From Anthoceros angustus (taxonomy: Eukaryota > Plantae > Anthocerotophyta), in assembly GCA_010909165.1 (NCBI GenBank), contig VJWM01000119.1:496001-560000 (forward strand): a stretch of DNA of 64,000 bases, given 5' to 3'. Shown piece by piece: positions 11,997-24,100 of the stretch. A program made the position numbers and the translations under genes. A model generated the notes under the pieces. That model made no database searches. It was not told the origin of the DNA and was given only the letters and a program-made list of their open reading frames with translations. How positions within the stretch are numbered: position 1 is the first letter of the stretch; each line of letters begins with the position of its first letter.

Positions 11997-13514
11997 ATGG
12001 CCGCTGTGCAGCCTCAGAGCCGGATGGATGAGAATTCCAGAGGAGAATGCAAGGCTGCCTCTACCAAGGGAGGCGCGATGGGAGGCAACGCGCGGCTCGC
12101 TAGTCAGGGGAACCAGCGGAGAGCACTCGGTGACATTGGCAACCTCGTCGGGCCTCTCGCTACTCGTTCTTCTAATGTGAGTAAGGAAGGAGCGGCAGAG
12201 AATGGTGCCGGAGCCAAGCAGGTGGCTAAGGTGACGCACCCGATGACCAGGCGATCTGCCGCCGCAGCTGCCGCGGCAGCGGGAGAGAGCCAGATGACAG
12301 GAGCTGTTGCTGTTGTTGCATTGCAAGCCAAGGCAGCGGATGGAGGCGCCTGGGGAGCCAAACAAAGACGCACGCTTGGTGGAGCGAAGGCGAGGGAAGG
12401 CTCCGCGGCTTCTGGCGCAAATGCGATGCTCCCGCCTCTGCCGGCGTCCAACGCTGTGCCTGGGAAGGGGAGGGCGAATGCTAGCTCCGGTCTTGCTGGA
12501 GGTCGTACTTCCGCTAGTTTGCCAGGGCAGCAGGAGCATGTGAAGGACTCCGTCAGCTCCACAGGCAGGAGCTACAGCAAAAAGGATCTGACTCTCACAG
12601 CGATCCTGACTTCCCGCAGCGAGGCAGCTTGCGGCGGATTTGATGCGGAGATGGTGGAGGCTGAGCCGCCGTTGCCTGACATAGATGAGGCGGACTTCGG
12701 GAACCAATTGGCCGTCGTCGACTATATCGAGGATATCTACAGCTTCTACCGCAAGGCAGAGGTGCAGTACTGTTTGTCCGCAGATTACATGCGCAGCCAG
12801 GCGGACATCAACGAGAAGATGCGAGCCATATTGGTAGATTGGCTCATCGAAGTGCACCTCAAGTTCAAGCTCATGCCGGAGACACTCTTCTTGACAACCA
12901 ATTTGATAGACCGCTTCCTGGCAGTCCAGGGTGTTTCCAGGAAGAACCTGCAGCTGGTGGGAATGACTGCCATGCTCCTGGCTTCCAAGTATGAAGAGAT
13001 CTTTGCCCCCGAGGTGAAAGATTTCGTGTTCATCTCCGACAAAGCGTATTCCCGGGATCAAGTTCTGGCTATGGAGAAGACCATGCTCAACACACTGCAC
13101 TTCAACCTCACAGTTCCAACGCCTTATGTCTTCATCGTCAGGTTCCTCAAGGCCAGTCTATCCGACAAGCAACTGGAACTTGTTTCCTTCTTTCTCGTAG
13201 AGTTGTGCTTGGTTGAGTACTCCATGGTGAGATTTGCCCCCTCACACCTTGCAGCAGCTGCTGTCTTCACTGCTCACTGCACTCTGCAGAGGTCCCCTAG
13301 CTGGACCAGCCTCCTGCAGCGCCACTCTGGCTACCAGGAGAAGCAGCTCCTGGAGTGTGCAGCAATGATGGTGAACTTCCACAAGAAGGCAGGCCAAGGC
13401 AACCTGACTGTCGTTCACAAGAAGTACTCCAGTCCAAGATTCAACTGCGTGGCCTCCCTGGCCCCTGCAACTCTCCCAGAGGCTGATGACTGCTGCAGTG
13501 TTGTAGGCCGCTAA
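11997..13514 (+). CDS. CYCB: B-type (G2/M) cyclin, intronless CDS
   Basis: D-box RRALGDIGN, cyclin box MRAILVDWLIEVHLKFKLMPETLFLT, ASKYEEI, and a complete C-terminal cyclin fold in one ORF. First ATG is at 11997. Confidence 0.95.
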   Translation: MAAVQPQSRMDENSRGECKAASTKGGAMGGNARLASQGNQRRALGDIGNLVGPLATRSSNVSKEGAAENGAGAKQVAKVTHPMTRRSAAAAAAAAGESQMTGAVAVVALQAKAADGGAWGAKQRRTLGGAKAREGSAASGANAMLPPLPASNAVPGKGRANASSGLAGGRTSASLPGQQEHVKDSVSSTGRSYSKKDLTLTAILTSRSEAACGGFDAEMVEAEPPLPDIDEADFGNQLAVVDYIEDIYSFYRKAEVQYCLSADYMRSQADINEKMRAILVDWLIEVHLKFKLMPETLFLTTNLIDRFLAVQGVSRKNLQLVGMTAMLLASKYEEIFAPEVKDFVFISDKAYSRDQVLAMEKTMLNTLHFNLTVPTPYVFIVRFLKASLSDKQLELVSFFLVELCLVEYSMVRFAPSHLAAAAVFTAHCTLQRSPSWTSLLQRHSGYQEKQLLECAAMMVNFHKKAGQGNLTVVHKKYSSPRFNCVASLAPATLPEADDCCSVVGR

Positions 13515-14248
13515 CTTACTTACCTTGCCTCCATCTATCTTTAGCTTTGTTCATTCGCACTCCACCCTGACCAGCCACCGGAAGAGGTGGCAGACAATTT
13601 TGGCTTGCTGCTCATCAGTGTCGTTTGACGTTGAGGAGCACGGGCAGAACCTGACTTTACTTACACGTAGTGATAGGTGTAGCGATTCGATGCTTGTCGA
13701 ACAGTCTTTCATCTCGTCGATCACAGTCTGTTCTTCAGACCGCCTGCTGCTCATCAGGCTCCTTGTTTTGAAGGGCCTGAGACTGAAGCAAAAATGCAGT
13801 CCCTGGCAATGTACAGCGCTTGCTTTTTCGTCAAACACCATGTTTAATTTCATCAAAAGGTTTGTCAGCAGTCTTTTTTGGGACTCGCGTTCTAGTGCAG
13901 CCATAACGGATATATAGTTAACCCCCGTTGAGCTCGAACGGAACAGGGGTACGACGACGACGAAGAGCTTTCAAAGAGAAAGCAATGAAGGCTGAACAAC
14001 CCTAAGGCGTTGTGTTGAAACCCTTGCAGCCATCGCGGTACGTGGAAGGTCGTGGCGGAGGTCACGGCAGCTGGATTTCTTTGTCGCTCCTGGTTCTGCA
14101 GGCTCGCCATGCCCCGCCCACGCCGTCTCCGAGCTCGAGTCGTGAAGCCGCCGCTGGACGGACTGTCTAGGGTTTGGCGACTCGGTAGCACCAGGATGCT
14201 TGCACTTTGACGGATGGTTGCATGACCTAGAGGCGGCAGGAGGTCAGG

Positions 14249-16930
14249 ATGAAGCCGGACAGCTTAGCTGCGCAACGGCCGGCACGGGCAACTCGCGGCA
14301 AAAGGTACCCTAGCGGAATCAGGTTTTCTTGGGACAGTGACCTTGGTGGAGTGTGGTGTTGCCTGCCGTCGGCTGACTGGTGCGCGTTGCCAGGTTGTCG
14401 AAGCTGCTTGATGAAGAGGCAGAAGCTGACGAGGAGTTTTGGAACCAGGATGCGTTCAAAGAGGTGTGCCCGCTGATATGTGGCATGCTAAGATACCATC
14501 TGTTTGAGTGACGAGAACTACTTGTGACCAATTGTTTACTGCTATGTGTTTGCAGGAGGACGCGGACACCGATTTCGATGCTGAGCCTGGCGATGAAGAC
14601 TCTGATGAATTTGACAGTGATTTTGATGATGAGGTTCGCAAAGTTTTTGGGATTCGGGTGTCGCGTCAGTTTATTTCCCCCTCTTCGGTTTAGTGTCTTA
14701 GTCGTGAAGACTGTTGTGTTATAGAAGCTCATGTCTGTTCATGATGTATTATGACGCAGGAACCGAGTTCAGACGATGGAGAAGCTGAAGATGACGAACG
14801 GTACTACAATTTCCAGACCCTTCACTTGTTCCATTTGTTTTAGCCCCCTGAGGTTTTCGGTGACCTGATCTGTGATAACCGTGCCACTTGCAGAACTTGG
14901 GTCAAGAAGCGGAAGATTTTTCCTGGGAGAATGCCTCCACCAGCTTCAAAGAAGTCGAAGCAAAAGCGCGCCTCTCTGTCTGAGGTTGCATCGGCAGGCA
15001 GAGCCAGTGAAACAGCTGTGGCTGCCCCAAAGCCACCAAGGCCTCCCAGGCCGAAGCAAGCCCCTCCGGAGTTACTTGAAAGTTCGAGGGAGGTAACTGT
15101 CGATGTCGATGGGGAGAAGACAACTGTCCGCAAGTCTACTCGGAAGGCTGTTATTGTTAAACAAGCCATGCGAGAGGCACAGCGGGTGGCAATGGAGGCT
15201 ATGGCGAAGGTGAGAACCTACTGGAAACTTGTGTGGGCTTTGGTCGTTTGCTAAAGGGTTCAGCTGTATCTTCTAGGCTTCATATTAGTTGTTAGCATAG
15301 GATTTGAATGGGTGCTGTTCGGTGTGATATCTGATGTCTTCTGAACTTTCGCATTCCATTCTGGTACACCTTTGGCTTTGTTCTAGAGCATGGAACCGGC
15401 TCAAGTTATACAAGCCTTGATAAGAGGTTGCTATTATTTGCATGACGTCACGCCAGCCTGTTAAGAAGAAAGAGCCCAAAGAGGAGCGGAAGATGACTCA
15501 GGAAGAGATGCTTTTGGAAGCTGCTAAAACAGGTTGTCATGTTGTTGCTCAATGAACTGTGCTACCAGTTGTTGTGTAGGTTGTTTCTTTTGAAGCAGTG
15601 CTTATATTTTCTGTATTGTGTGCCTCAGAGGTATTGAATAGGAAAGCACTGGAGATTATGCTAGCTCGAGAAGAAGAGGTGAAGAAAAAGGCTATTATAC
15701 AGAAGGCTGTCTATTCTGGTCCTCAAATCCGATATCACTCAAAGGATGGTAATTCTCCCAGGATGTTCCAGTCGGTATACTTGTGTGAAGCAGTTTTGAG
15801 TTAGTGGATCTCCTAATATATGTCAAGCCACAGGGGTAAACACGATTGAGTTCACCCATGCCGACGAGTTTCCAGAGGAGATCAACTCCACTGTGGGACA
15901 GTGTAAGTGATGTGTTTCTGCAGATGTAGATGAGACTGTTCTTGTTCCTTGTTGCGGATTTGCTAAAATGTGTCCATTGGGTCCTCTGCAGATCCCAAGC
16001 GGTCAGTTTGTGTAATTACTGGGCTTCCTGCAAGGTATGGAGGGATTGCTTGTGGTGGAGCATTCTTCATTCCCTGTGGTTGGGGTTTTCTGTGGTGGAT
16101 TGACCGTCTGGAGCTTGGGATTTGTGATGATTGGGTGAATATAGGTATAGAGATCCACAAACTGGGTTACCATACGCCACGAAGGAGGCATTTCAAGCCA
16201 TTAGAGAAAGGTACCAAAGACGCACCTAGAGCAATGTTTATCTAGTTTGTATTCGAAGAAATGCAGCCCTTTATTTGGCTTCTGACGCTTTCCACGTGCA
16301 CAACCCAGGTATAGCAAAGGGGAAAGGCCGTCTAGGAACGAGGATTCTCACCAACACCAACGGAGGAGAACCAAAGTTGAGAGGGAATATCCCATCCCTG
16401 GCAAGGCTGGGGTGGTTAAAGTAAAGTACAAAAGGAGCGAAGTAAGTAGTATTGCAGCAGGTGTCTCTCCGACCAGCGAGGCGGATGTGAGGTCAACAGC
16501 GCAGGCGGCAAACTCTTTGCCTTCAACACCTAGTAATATATCGCCCGAGAGCGATCTTAAGGCAACAGCACCGGCGAGGCCTACCACGGACTCCCCGGCA
16601 TCAAGGGACGATACTTCAGGTGCCGGAACAAGCAGAAGTACGAGGCAGCAGCCGCCTCCTGAACCTCTGCCCCGAGCTATGTTTGAGGCAAACGAGGCCG
16701 ACTTCATGCTCGAGGATCTGGAGGTGTCTCTCCCCTCAAACTTGGATATGGGCCTCACCAACCTTTCCCTCGATGATTCTTCGATGTCATCGTCCATGAT
16801 GCAAAGTCAGGTCATGTCGAGGGACCAATCCACTGACCTGCGACATGAGATGCTGGACCTGCCCCAACCGGACCAGGACCTGCTGCAACGTGATCTACTC
16901 CCGCTGGACGTATTCGGGTCCATGATATGA
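14249..16930 (+). CDS. SWC2: SWR1 complex subunit 2 (VPS72/YL1), multi-exon
   Basis: RPARATRGKR|LSKLLDEE..EEFWNQDAFKE, an acidic tract, VRKSTR, MTQEEMLLEAA, and the YL1_C motif CVITGLPARY|RDPQTGLPYAT. Internal exon limits are approximate. Confidence 0.9.
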
Positions 16931-17350
16931 GGTGCAGCAGTCGGAAGTGTTGAACCCGATAACCTATGTAGCTGTTCCCAGACTGCGAGGGTGGTTTTGA
17001 GGGGCTTTCATCCATTCGACGGGGTTGTTGTAATGCCATTGCCAGTCCCAGCTGACGTGACTGTAAATTATCACCGAAGGAAAGAACTTTGTACACTTGA
17101 CCTGATATCTAAATTTTTTCAACGAAGAAGACGGATGTTATTTTTTGTGCAGCATGAAATGTTTGTAGCTTCATCAAGGCTTGCCGTGCATCGTCAAGCT
17201 TGTGCGCAAAATCAATGTCTGTCACACTGTGCCAGTAGTATTACAAGACAACTGGGCAACAGTAGCTGCATTCCTGCCCCGATCCATAAGTGCAAAACTT
17301 GCACGGAACGCCTAATTCGAATTGTTCGAGACATTCGTCTCATGGCCGGA

Positions 17351-17722
17351 TTAGTCCGACGCTTCCTTCTGCTTCTTCACGATGTGGTTCCCGCCGGTAG
17401 CCAGCTTGAAGAGGAGGAAAAGAGCCATGACCGCGCTGAGACTCGCCACCATCCCGGCCGGCATGATCTTGGAAGTTGCCACGTACCTCTGTCCCATAAC
17501 GACGGTGAGCGCCACGGCCACGATCGCCTGCAGCAGGAGCGCCGAATACGAGTTGGCGGATCTCTTGTAGGCGTTGAGGCTGGAGAAGGCTCCTAGGAGA
17601 ATAAGGCCCCCGCCGCCCGCTCCCCCGAGCAGCGAGCTGGTGCTGCCCTTGGTGAGAAAGCCTGCGAGGCCCCCGAGCACCACGGCCATCCCGTAGGGTA
17701 TGGTGAAGCAGAAATCGTGCAT
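17351..17722 (-). CDS. TMEM14 / FATTY ACID EXPORT (FAX5/6-like) protein, intronless
   Basis: MHDFCFTIPYG..GG..G...KGST.SL.GG..MGQRY..TSKIMPAG..ATGGN signature. Confidence 0.92.
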   Translation of the reverse strand: MHDFCFTIPYGMAVVLGGLAGFLTKGSTSSLLGGAGGGGLILLGAFSSLNAYKRSANSYSALLLQAIVAVALTVVMGQRYVATSKIMPAGMVASLSAVMALFLLFKLATGGNHIVKKQKEASD

Positions 17723-18118
17723 GGCGGCGGCTTCGGAAGGAGAGCCCTGGAGCGGTGCCGAGAGCCTGGACGATCAGAACAAATGAAGAAGTAGAAGTCC
17801 TGGATGAGCAAGAGTCCGAAGACGAAGATGAAGGAGCAGATCTGACGGGCAAGGGTAAGGAGAAGCAGCAGCAGACCTGATCAGTACCAGAACGACGCAG
17901 AAGACGCAGATGAGCTGAGCAAGAGTATAACGACGATGCCGACGAGCAAGAGTATGGAGAAGAAGAGAGGGTCTGATGAGCAAGCGTACTACGACGAAGA
18001 AGACGACGAAAATGTGAAGTGCAAGAGGAGGAGAAGGAGGAGGGCGGGCGAGAGAAGGACGGAAGGAAGTTGCGTGGAAGGAGCGGGGTTATAAACAGGA
18101 GAGACTTGTAGAAGTTAT

Positions 18119-20051
18119 CTATCGGCCGGAAGAGAGCTGGATGGCGTCGAGGTTGCCGGTGGAGTCGTGAACCCACTGGGGGAGGGTGCGGGAAGGTGGA
18201 GGTCGGAGTCGCGGCGGCGGACGAGCTCGACGCGCTGCCACTCCTGCCATCGCTCCGCGAGCCCGTCGCCCTCGAGCATGCGCACCACCTCGGCCATGCG
18301 GGGCGGTCCCGGGGAAGCCTGTGTGCAGAGGAGGGCAACCTGGATGAGCTCCTGCGCCTGGCCGGGATGGTAGCGCGCGCGGAGGTTAGGATCCACCAGC
18401 TCCGCCTGCCGCCCCTCCCGCTGCAGCCGCTTCACCCAGTCCAGCAGCATCACGTCATCCTCGACAGCCAGGCGCGCGAAGTCGAAGGCCCGCTGCCCGG
18501 TGAGCAGCTCCAGCAGCATGATCCCGTACCCGAACACGTCCGTCTTCTCCGAGCTCTTGCCCGTGGTGAGGTACTCGGGCGCGATGTGGCCCGCGGTCCC
18601 CCGCACCATGGTGGTAATGTGCGTCTGGCTGCCGTCCAGGAGCTTGGCCAGCCCGAAGTCCCCCACCACCGCCTCCATCTCGTCGTCCAGCAGCACGTTG
18701 GCGGCCTTCACGTCCCGGTGGATGATCTTGGGCTGGCAGAAGTCGTGCAGGTACGCCAGCCCCCGCGCCGCGCCCAGCGCGATCTTCCGCCGCGCGGCCC
18801 AGTCCAGGGCCGGCTCCCCCGCCCCGCTGCTGCTGCTGGTGGAGTCGCGGAGTCGGGACGCCACGCTCCCGTGCCGCATGAAGGGGTACACCAGGATGCG
18901 CTCCGCCTGCGTGACGCAGTAGCCCAGCAGGCGGAGCAGGTTCCGGTGCACCGCCATGGAGATGATCTCCACCTCCGTCTGAAACGCCCGCTCCCGCCGC
19001 CGCTCCCGCCTCCGTTTCCCGCCATCCCATTCCCGCCGATGCCTCCCCCGCCATGGCCGTCGCGGTTGAGGCGCTTCACCGCCACCTCGCTCCCGTCCTC
19101 GAGCGTGCCCCGGAACACCTTCCCGAACCCTCCCTGCCCGATCACGTTGCGGCTGCTGAACTGGTCCGTGGCCGCGTTCAGCTCCCGGAGCGTGAATTCC
19201 CGCAGCTGCGCGTACCGGATCTGCGGCCCTTGCTCGTCCTGCACATCGAAGAACTCCTGCGCCATCTCCTGCTCCCGCCTCCGCTTCCAGAAGAGCAGTC
19301 CGCCTGCCGCGACCAGCAGCACGGCCGAGCCGCCGGCTGCCGCGCCGGCGGCCACTCCCGCCTTGGAACCCTTGCTGCTTCCAGATCCGGAGGAGGCTGC
19401 CTCTGTCGCTTCCCCGGGGCACTCTGGAAGAGAGGATTTCCCGCACTGCAAGAGAGGATTCCCCGTGACATCGAAGGTCAGCCCGGGATGATACTCCGGC
19501 ACCGGCCCGCTCAGATCGTTGTGGGCGAGATCCAGTGTCGTGAGCTGCGGGAGAGATGTCAGGTTGGCCGGAATGCTCCCCGACAGCTCGTTGAAGTGCA
19601 GTATGAGCCTGCCGAGGGCCAGCATCCCCGTCAGCGACACCGGGATGCTGCCGTTGAGGCGGTTGTACCCGAGGTCCATGAACACCAGCTGTTGCAGCTG
19701 CCCGATCTCCTCCGGGAGCTCCCCGCTGATGTTGTTGTTCCCCATTCTCCATGTTTCCAGACTCGATAACCTCCCTACGCTCGGCGACAGCCTCCCGGAC
19801 AGCCCCTTCCCCTGGAGCAGCAGCGTCGAAACCGAGTTGTTGGCCAAGCAGGTCACCCCCTCCCAGGTGCAAGGGCTCACCAGAGTCTTGTCCCAGCTGT
19901 TGAGCGCGCCGTCAGGATCCACCAGCGCGTACCTCAGGTCAAGCAGCGCCATTCCGTCGTCGGTTAGCCCTGCCGTCTCCCCCGTCACCATCAACAAGAG
20001 CACTAACACCACGACCACATGCCGCATTCCAGGTTTTCCCATTGCTGCCAT
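18119..20051 (-). CDS. SERK/NIK-like LRR-II receptor kinase, intronless, with apparent frameshifts near 19000 and 18180
   Basis: Signal peptide, [12 protein letters not shown] cap, LRRs, [57 protein letters not shown] shifted frame gives the SERK-type end [18 protein letters not shown]. The indels sit in G/C runs and are probably sequence errors. Confidence 0.88.
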
Positions 20052-20235
20052 GGCTGGAAAATACGAAAGAAGCTCTCGCGCCTCAAGGCTGAGACTCACA
20101 CCATAGCAGGAGCAGAATGCTGAAACAAAATCTCGCGCATCAAGGTCTCACACACAGCCATAGCCGTGGCCGAGCTCGCCGTGGTTCCGGCAATGGCAGC
20201 AGAGATGACCACCAGAAGCAGAAGCAGTCCATGTG

Positions 20236-20259
20236 CCTTCTTCGTCGTCTTCTTCTTCT

Positions 20260-20294
<35 letters not shown>

Positions 20295-20312
20295 TTCTTC
20301 TTCTTCTTCTTC
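20236..20312. repeat. (TCT/TCC)n microsatellite upstream of the LRR-RLK
   Basis: Direct reading of the sequence. Confidence 0.9.
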
Positions 20313-21177
20313 CTGCCGACGGCGAGCTCTCCAGAGAGCTCTCCAGAGGCCGATGCAGCTGAAAGCAGGAAAAGGCGACGGTGTGGATTCGTGGTGGTTG
20401 CCGCACACTTTCCTTATGCTGCTCAGCGATGTGACATGGCCGCCCTCACGCCCTGGTAGTAGACACAACGACACAGTGGGTGACGACGGCATCGCCACCA
20501 CAATGCGGAAGATTCTCCTCGCTCGCCGTACCATTCTTCCACACGCTTTCGAAAAAGCTCATGGCTTAGCCTTTCCTTTCATTATCGTTCACATCAAATA
20601 TCATCCCCCGGTGTTATCGCTCTAAACAACACGTCAGCTGTCAAAGGCTGCTTCTGGTGTCGCGTGTGCGAGACTCGTCACTGCGTTTGCAACGCTTCCT
20701 GTCCAGCTGCCGGATGCGAAGCTGCGCGACCATGGTGCTCTGAATGAACGAATGAATGAATGAAGAAACAGTGTTGCAGCTTGCAGGTCTCTTGTCCGCA
20801 ATCTGCTTCTTGCTCTCGCCTTTGCTGCTTGCGTTGCGTTGCCTTGCATTGTATTGCGTCGCTCATCCTTTCACGCCCCGATTGTGATTGTGTGGCAGCA
20901 GGTTGGACAGTAGCAATGCTGAGGATACTGGAGCAGTGTTGTGGTTGGGGTTTAGGGCTTATCGCTCCGTGGGCAAGATTTTGCCTGCCAGGTTTTTCTA
21001 CCAGCGTCCGTACTGGCGAGGGGAAATAAAGCGGGTGCTCTGGCAGCTATGGCGGAAGTGAGAAGTGAGCGTGCTGTGCTGGGAATGGAATGGAATGGAT
21101 ATAACCCTGGCCTGTGGTTGCGGGCTCTTGTGGCTGCGGAATGCGGGTAGTCTTGGGACGGGCGTTTCTTTACGGGG

Positions 21178-24100
21178 ATGGAGAATGCAGCTGTTGCAAC
21201 TCTTGCTGCTGCTGGGCAGCGCCTTTCTTGCGGGGATGGAGGATTAAAGGGTGAGGTGGTGACGGGCGACAATTTTGTATGGGAGGGGTACAGTGTGGAG
21301 AAGGGGAATGAAGGCCATGGTGGTGGGGCGGCAATCTGCGTGCTGGGAGGGGAGCGCGGGTCCAACTCCACCTTGAGTGATGAAGGTGTGGAGCGGGGGA
21401 GGGTGTCGGAGGAGGAGGAGGAAGGAGAGCAGGAGCAGGCGCAGGAGCAGGGGCAGGCGCAGGAGGAGGAGTCGGAATCTTGCAGCCTGTCTCTTGGCGG
21501 GGGCACGGACGACGTGGGCCGGTACGGGAGGTTGCTGGAAGGGCAGCTCCGGGGCCGCTTCTGCGGGCGGGAGGGGCTGCGGGAGCTGGCCAATCTGGAG
21601 GCTGTGGTGAGCGCCAAGGCAAGGAGGTGGCAGAAGCGGCGGTCCTGGTTGGAGGTTGGGTGGGGAGGTGGACGAGGCAGCGACTTGGGGGAGGCGGAGG
21701 TTCTTGATGTGGCAGGTCAGGAGGAGGTGCACGAGGAAAATGATCAGGAATGTTCCTCGTCTTGGAAGGCGACAGACAAAGTAGGTGTTGTGGCATCTGC
21801 AGAGCCCCTCATCTGCACCACGGCACGACAGGCGGATGAGTCTTCTGTTCTTGATGACTACTCTTCGTCTTTTGGGGGTGGGCATGGGCATGGGCATGGC
21901 AATGGGAATGTGGCTTGGTTCGAGTCCCCTCGCTCAGGCAGCAAAGCTGTCACATCCAGGTTCAGGGCCAGTTTGTTGGACCCGGCTTCCATGGACATGG
22001 ATGATGATCTTCATTCTTGTGGCTTCAGTATGGGGCACAGGAGGGATGTTTTTCGGCCGGATGATGAGAGCAGAGGGCTGGAGAGTCAGAAGCAGCCGCA
22101 GACCACTACGAGGAAGAGAGCTCGGCGGAAGAGGGGAGTCGAGTCTCCGTCAGGCATGCTGAATGATGAGGTGCAGTTTAAGGTGGTGTCTAGGAGGAAA
22201 AGGCAGGTTCGGAGAGCTAAAGCAACAGGCTCCAGCAGTATGAAGTGGGGCTTAGGTCTGAATGGGGACCTGGATGACAGGGCTGAAGACGGAGCACCAG
22301 CCTCTGAGGTGTTGCCTGGGGAACAGGCTTCTGGCAGAAGCTGGGGAAGACGGGAGAACTGGTGCCGCATGGATGGCTATTCGGAGGAGGTGACGTTGAC
22401 CAAGAGGAAGGCAGCAGTACACCAGGGGTCTCAAGCTCGTGTGGTCGGCTATCAAGATGAATCCATACAGGGCCGGTTCAGGAGAAAGCAGATGCCAGAC
22501 AGTGCTGCTAGTGATGTGCTGCCCATGGAAGGGTCGTCGTGTACTCTGTCTGAGCGGGTGCTCTGTGATACTCTGCTTGGCCTTCAGGGGCGCAGAGTGA
22601 AGACAAGAACCATGATACGAGCCCTTCAACGACAGAGGGGAGGTGGCAGTATGTTGGAGAGGCGTCTGAAACACAAGAGAGTCGCCAAGAAGAAGTCCTC
22701 TGGCCTTTGTGACTTCGCCAACTCTTATGAAGGTGTATTGACTCGTGAGCCAGGCGGAAGGCCTACAGTCGCTGCTCCTCCAAAGCTTTTTGGTGTGACC
22801 CCCCTTTCAGTAGCTGGGTCCTGCAAGCTGGGCACTCCAGTCACTCCCCAGGTCTGCGACCTTTTTTATGTCCTCAGTGCAGCATTCCTGTTGGAAGTGT
22901 CTCTTGATCAAAGACCAGTCAACGTGTCAACCATTTCGCCTCTTGATGAGGTTCCTGTTTACGATTTCCTTATGGGATTTGATGGAATGAACTTTGATAC
23001 ATGGCTGTCCAGGTCGAGTGTTTCCATTGCAAGGGATCGCTGTCTTCAGGGCAAGTCGTCGCCTGTAACGATAAGGATTGTGGGAGGGTGTACCACTATT
23101 CATGTGCTCGATCTGTTGAAGGTTTTTCTTGGAGAAGAAATGAAAAGCTTATTTGCCCTCACCACGTATGTAGTCTGGGAGTGTTTGTGCGCTGCTTATT
23201 GATGAGAAAGTTTCCAGAGCTGTTTTCATGGATCTGAATGTCTCAATGTGCCCATACCGATAGTGGGCGTTCTTTCTGATTTTGCCCCACTCAATGTTCT
23301 CTGCAGGTTTGTGTGGGGTGTCGCAAAGTTCGTGCATCCAGACTCTGGCGATGTGAAAAATGTCCTATGGCATTTCATGAGATTTGCTGTCCGTCTTTAA
23401 AGAATACTAACCTTTCACAAATTAGGCCAGGCTGGGCCATTTGTTGGCTACATTCTGCAAACTGGAAGCGAGAGAACAAGGTTAGCGTACTCTCAGCTGT
23501 TTATCCTACCGTATTGGAATGTAGCGAGGCGAGGGTTGTGAATCGATGCATAATGTGAAAAGTTGCTGTACTGAAAACGCTGTACACAATGTGGTTGGAG
23601 AGATGGCTGATGGTTCAAAGTTGGAAACTAGAATGACTGTCATATGGGTTTGTTCCCTGACACAGACGTGGTGCATCTGCTCTCATGGTGCAGCACAAAC
23701 AGCCAACAAGTGACATAAAGGTCAGTGTCTTTCCTGAGCTCTTACTTGACTAGTGAATCTTCTCATCGTTATCTGCGCAATCCATGCTGGCCCTTAAGTT
23801 TAGACATCATAGGCGGACAGTTGTTCTGCATGGTAGTTATGTCCTTTTACATCTTTTGGCCCATGGACTCCCGAACGTCTTTTGTCGACGTGTTTTCTCA
23901 ATTGGAATAACTTTTAGCTGCTATCGTTCTTGAAATCTGTTGCATCCGGGTGACATTGCAGGAAATATTCCGCCGGCTTCCGATCCCAGACTTAGTGGAG
24001 GATTTCAAGATCACTTCATCATTCTGGAAGGAAGTTATGGAGAATGACAAGGAGCCACCTCCTTACACTCATATCAGGCGGAGTAAGTGATTCCCAGTTG

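Noticed and set aside
11580-13100. 506 aa antisense ORF over cyclin B (and similar ones over the RLK, NPF and BUB1)
   Set aside because: These are shadow ORFs expected from GC-rich codon usage and show no motifs.
20140-20625. Poly-E, poly-S, poly-F and poly-L ORFs
   Set aside because: They are translations of a microsatellite.
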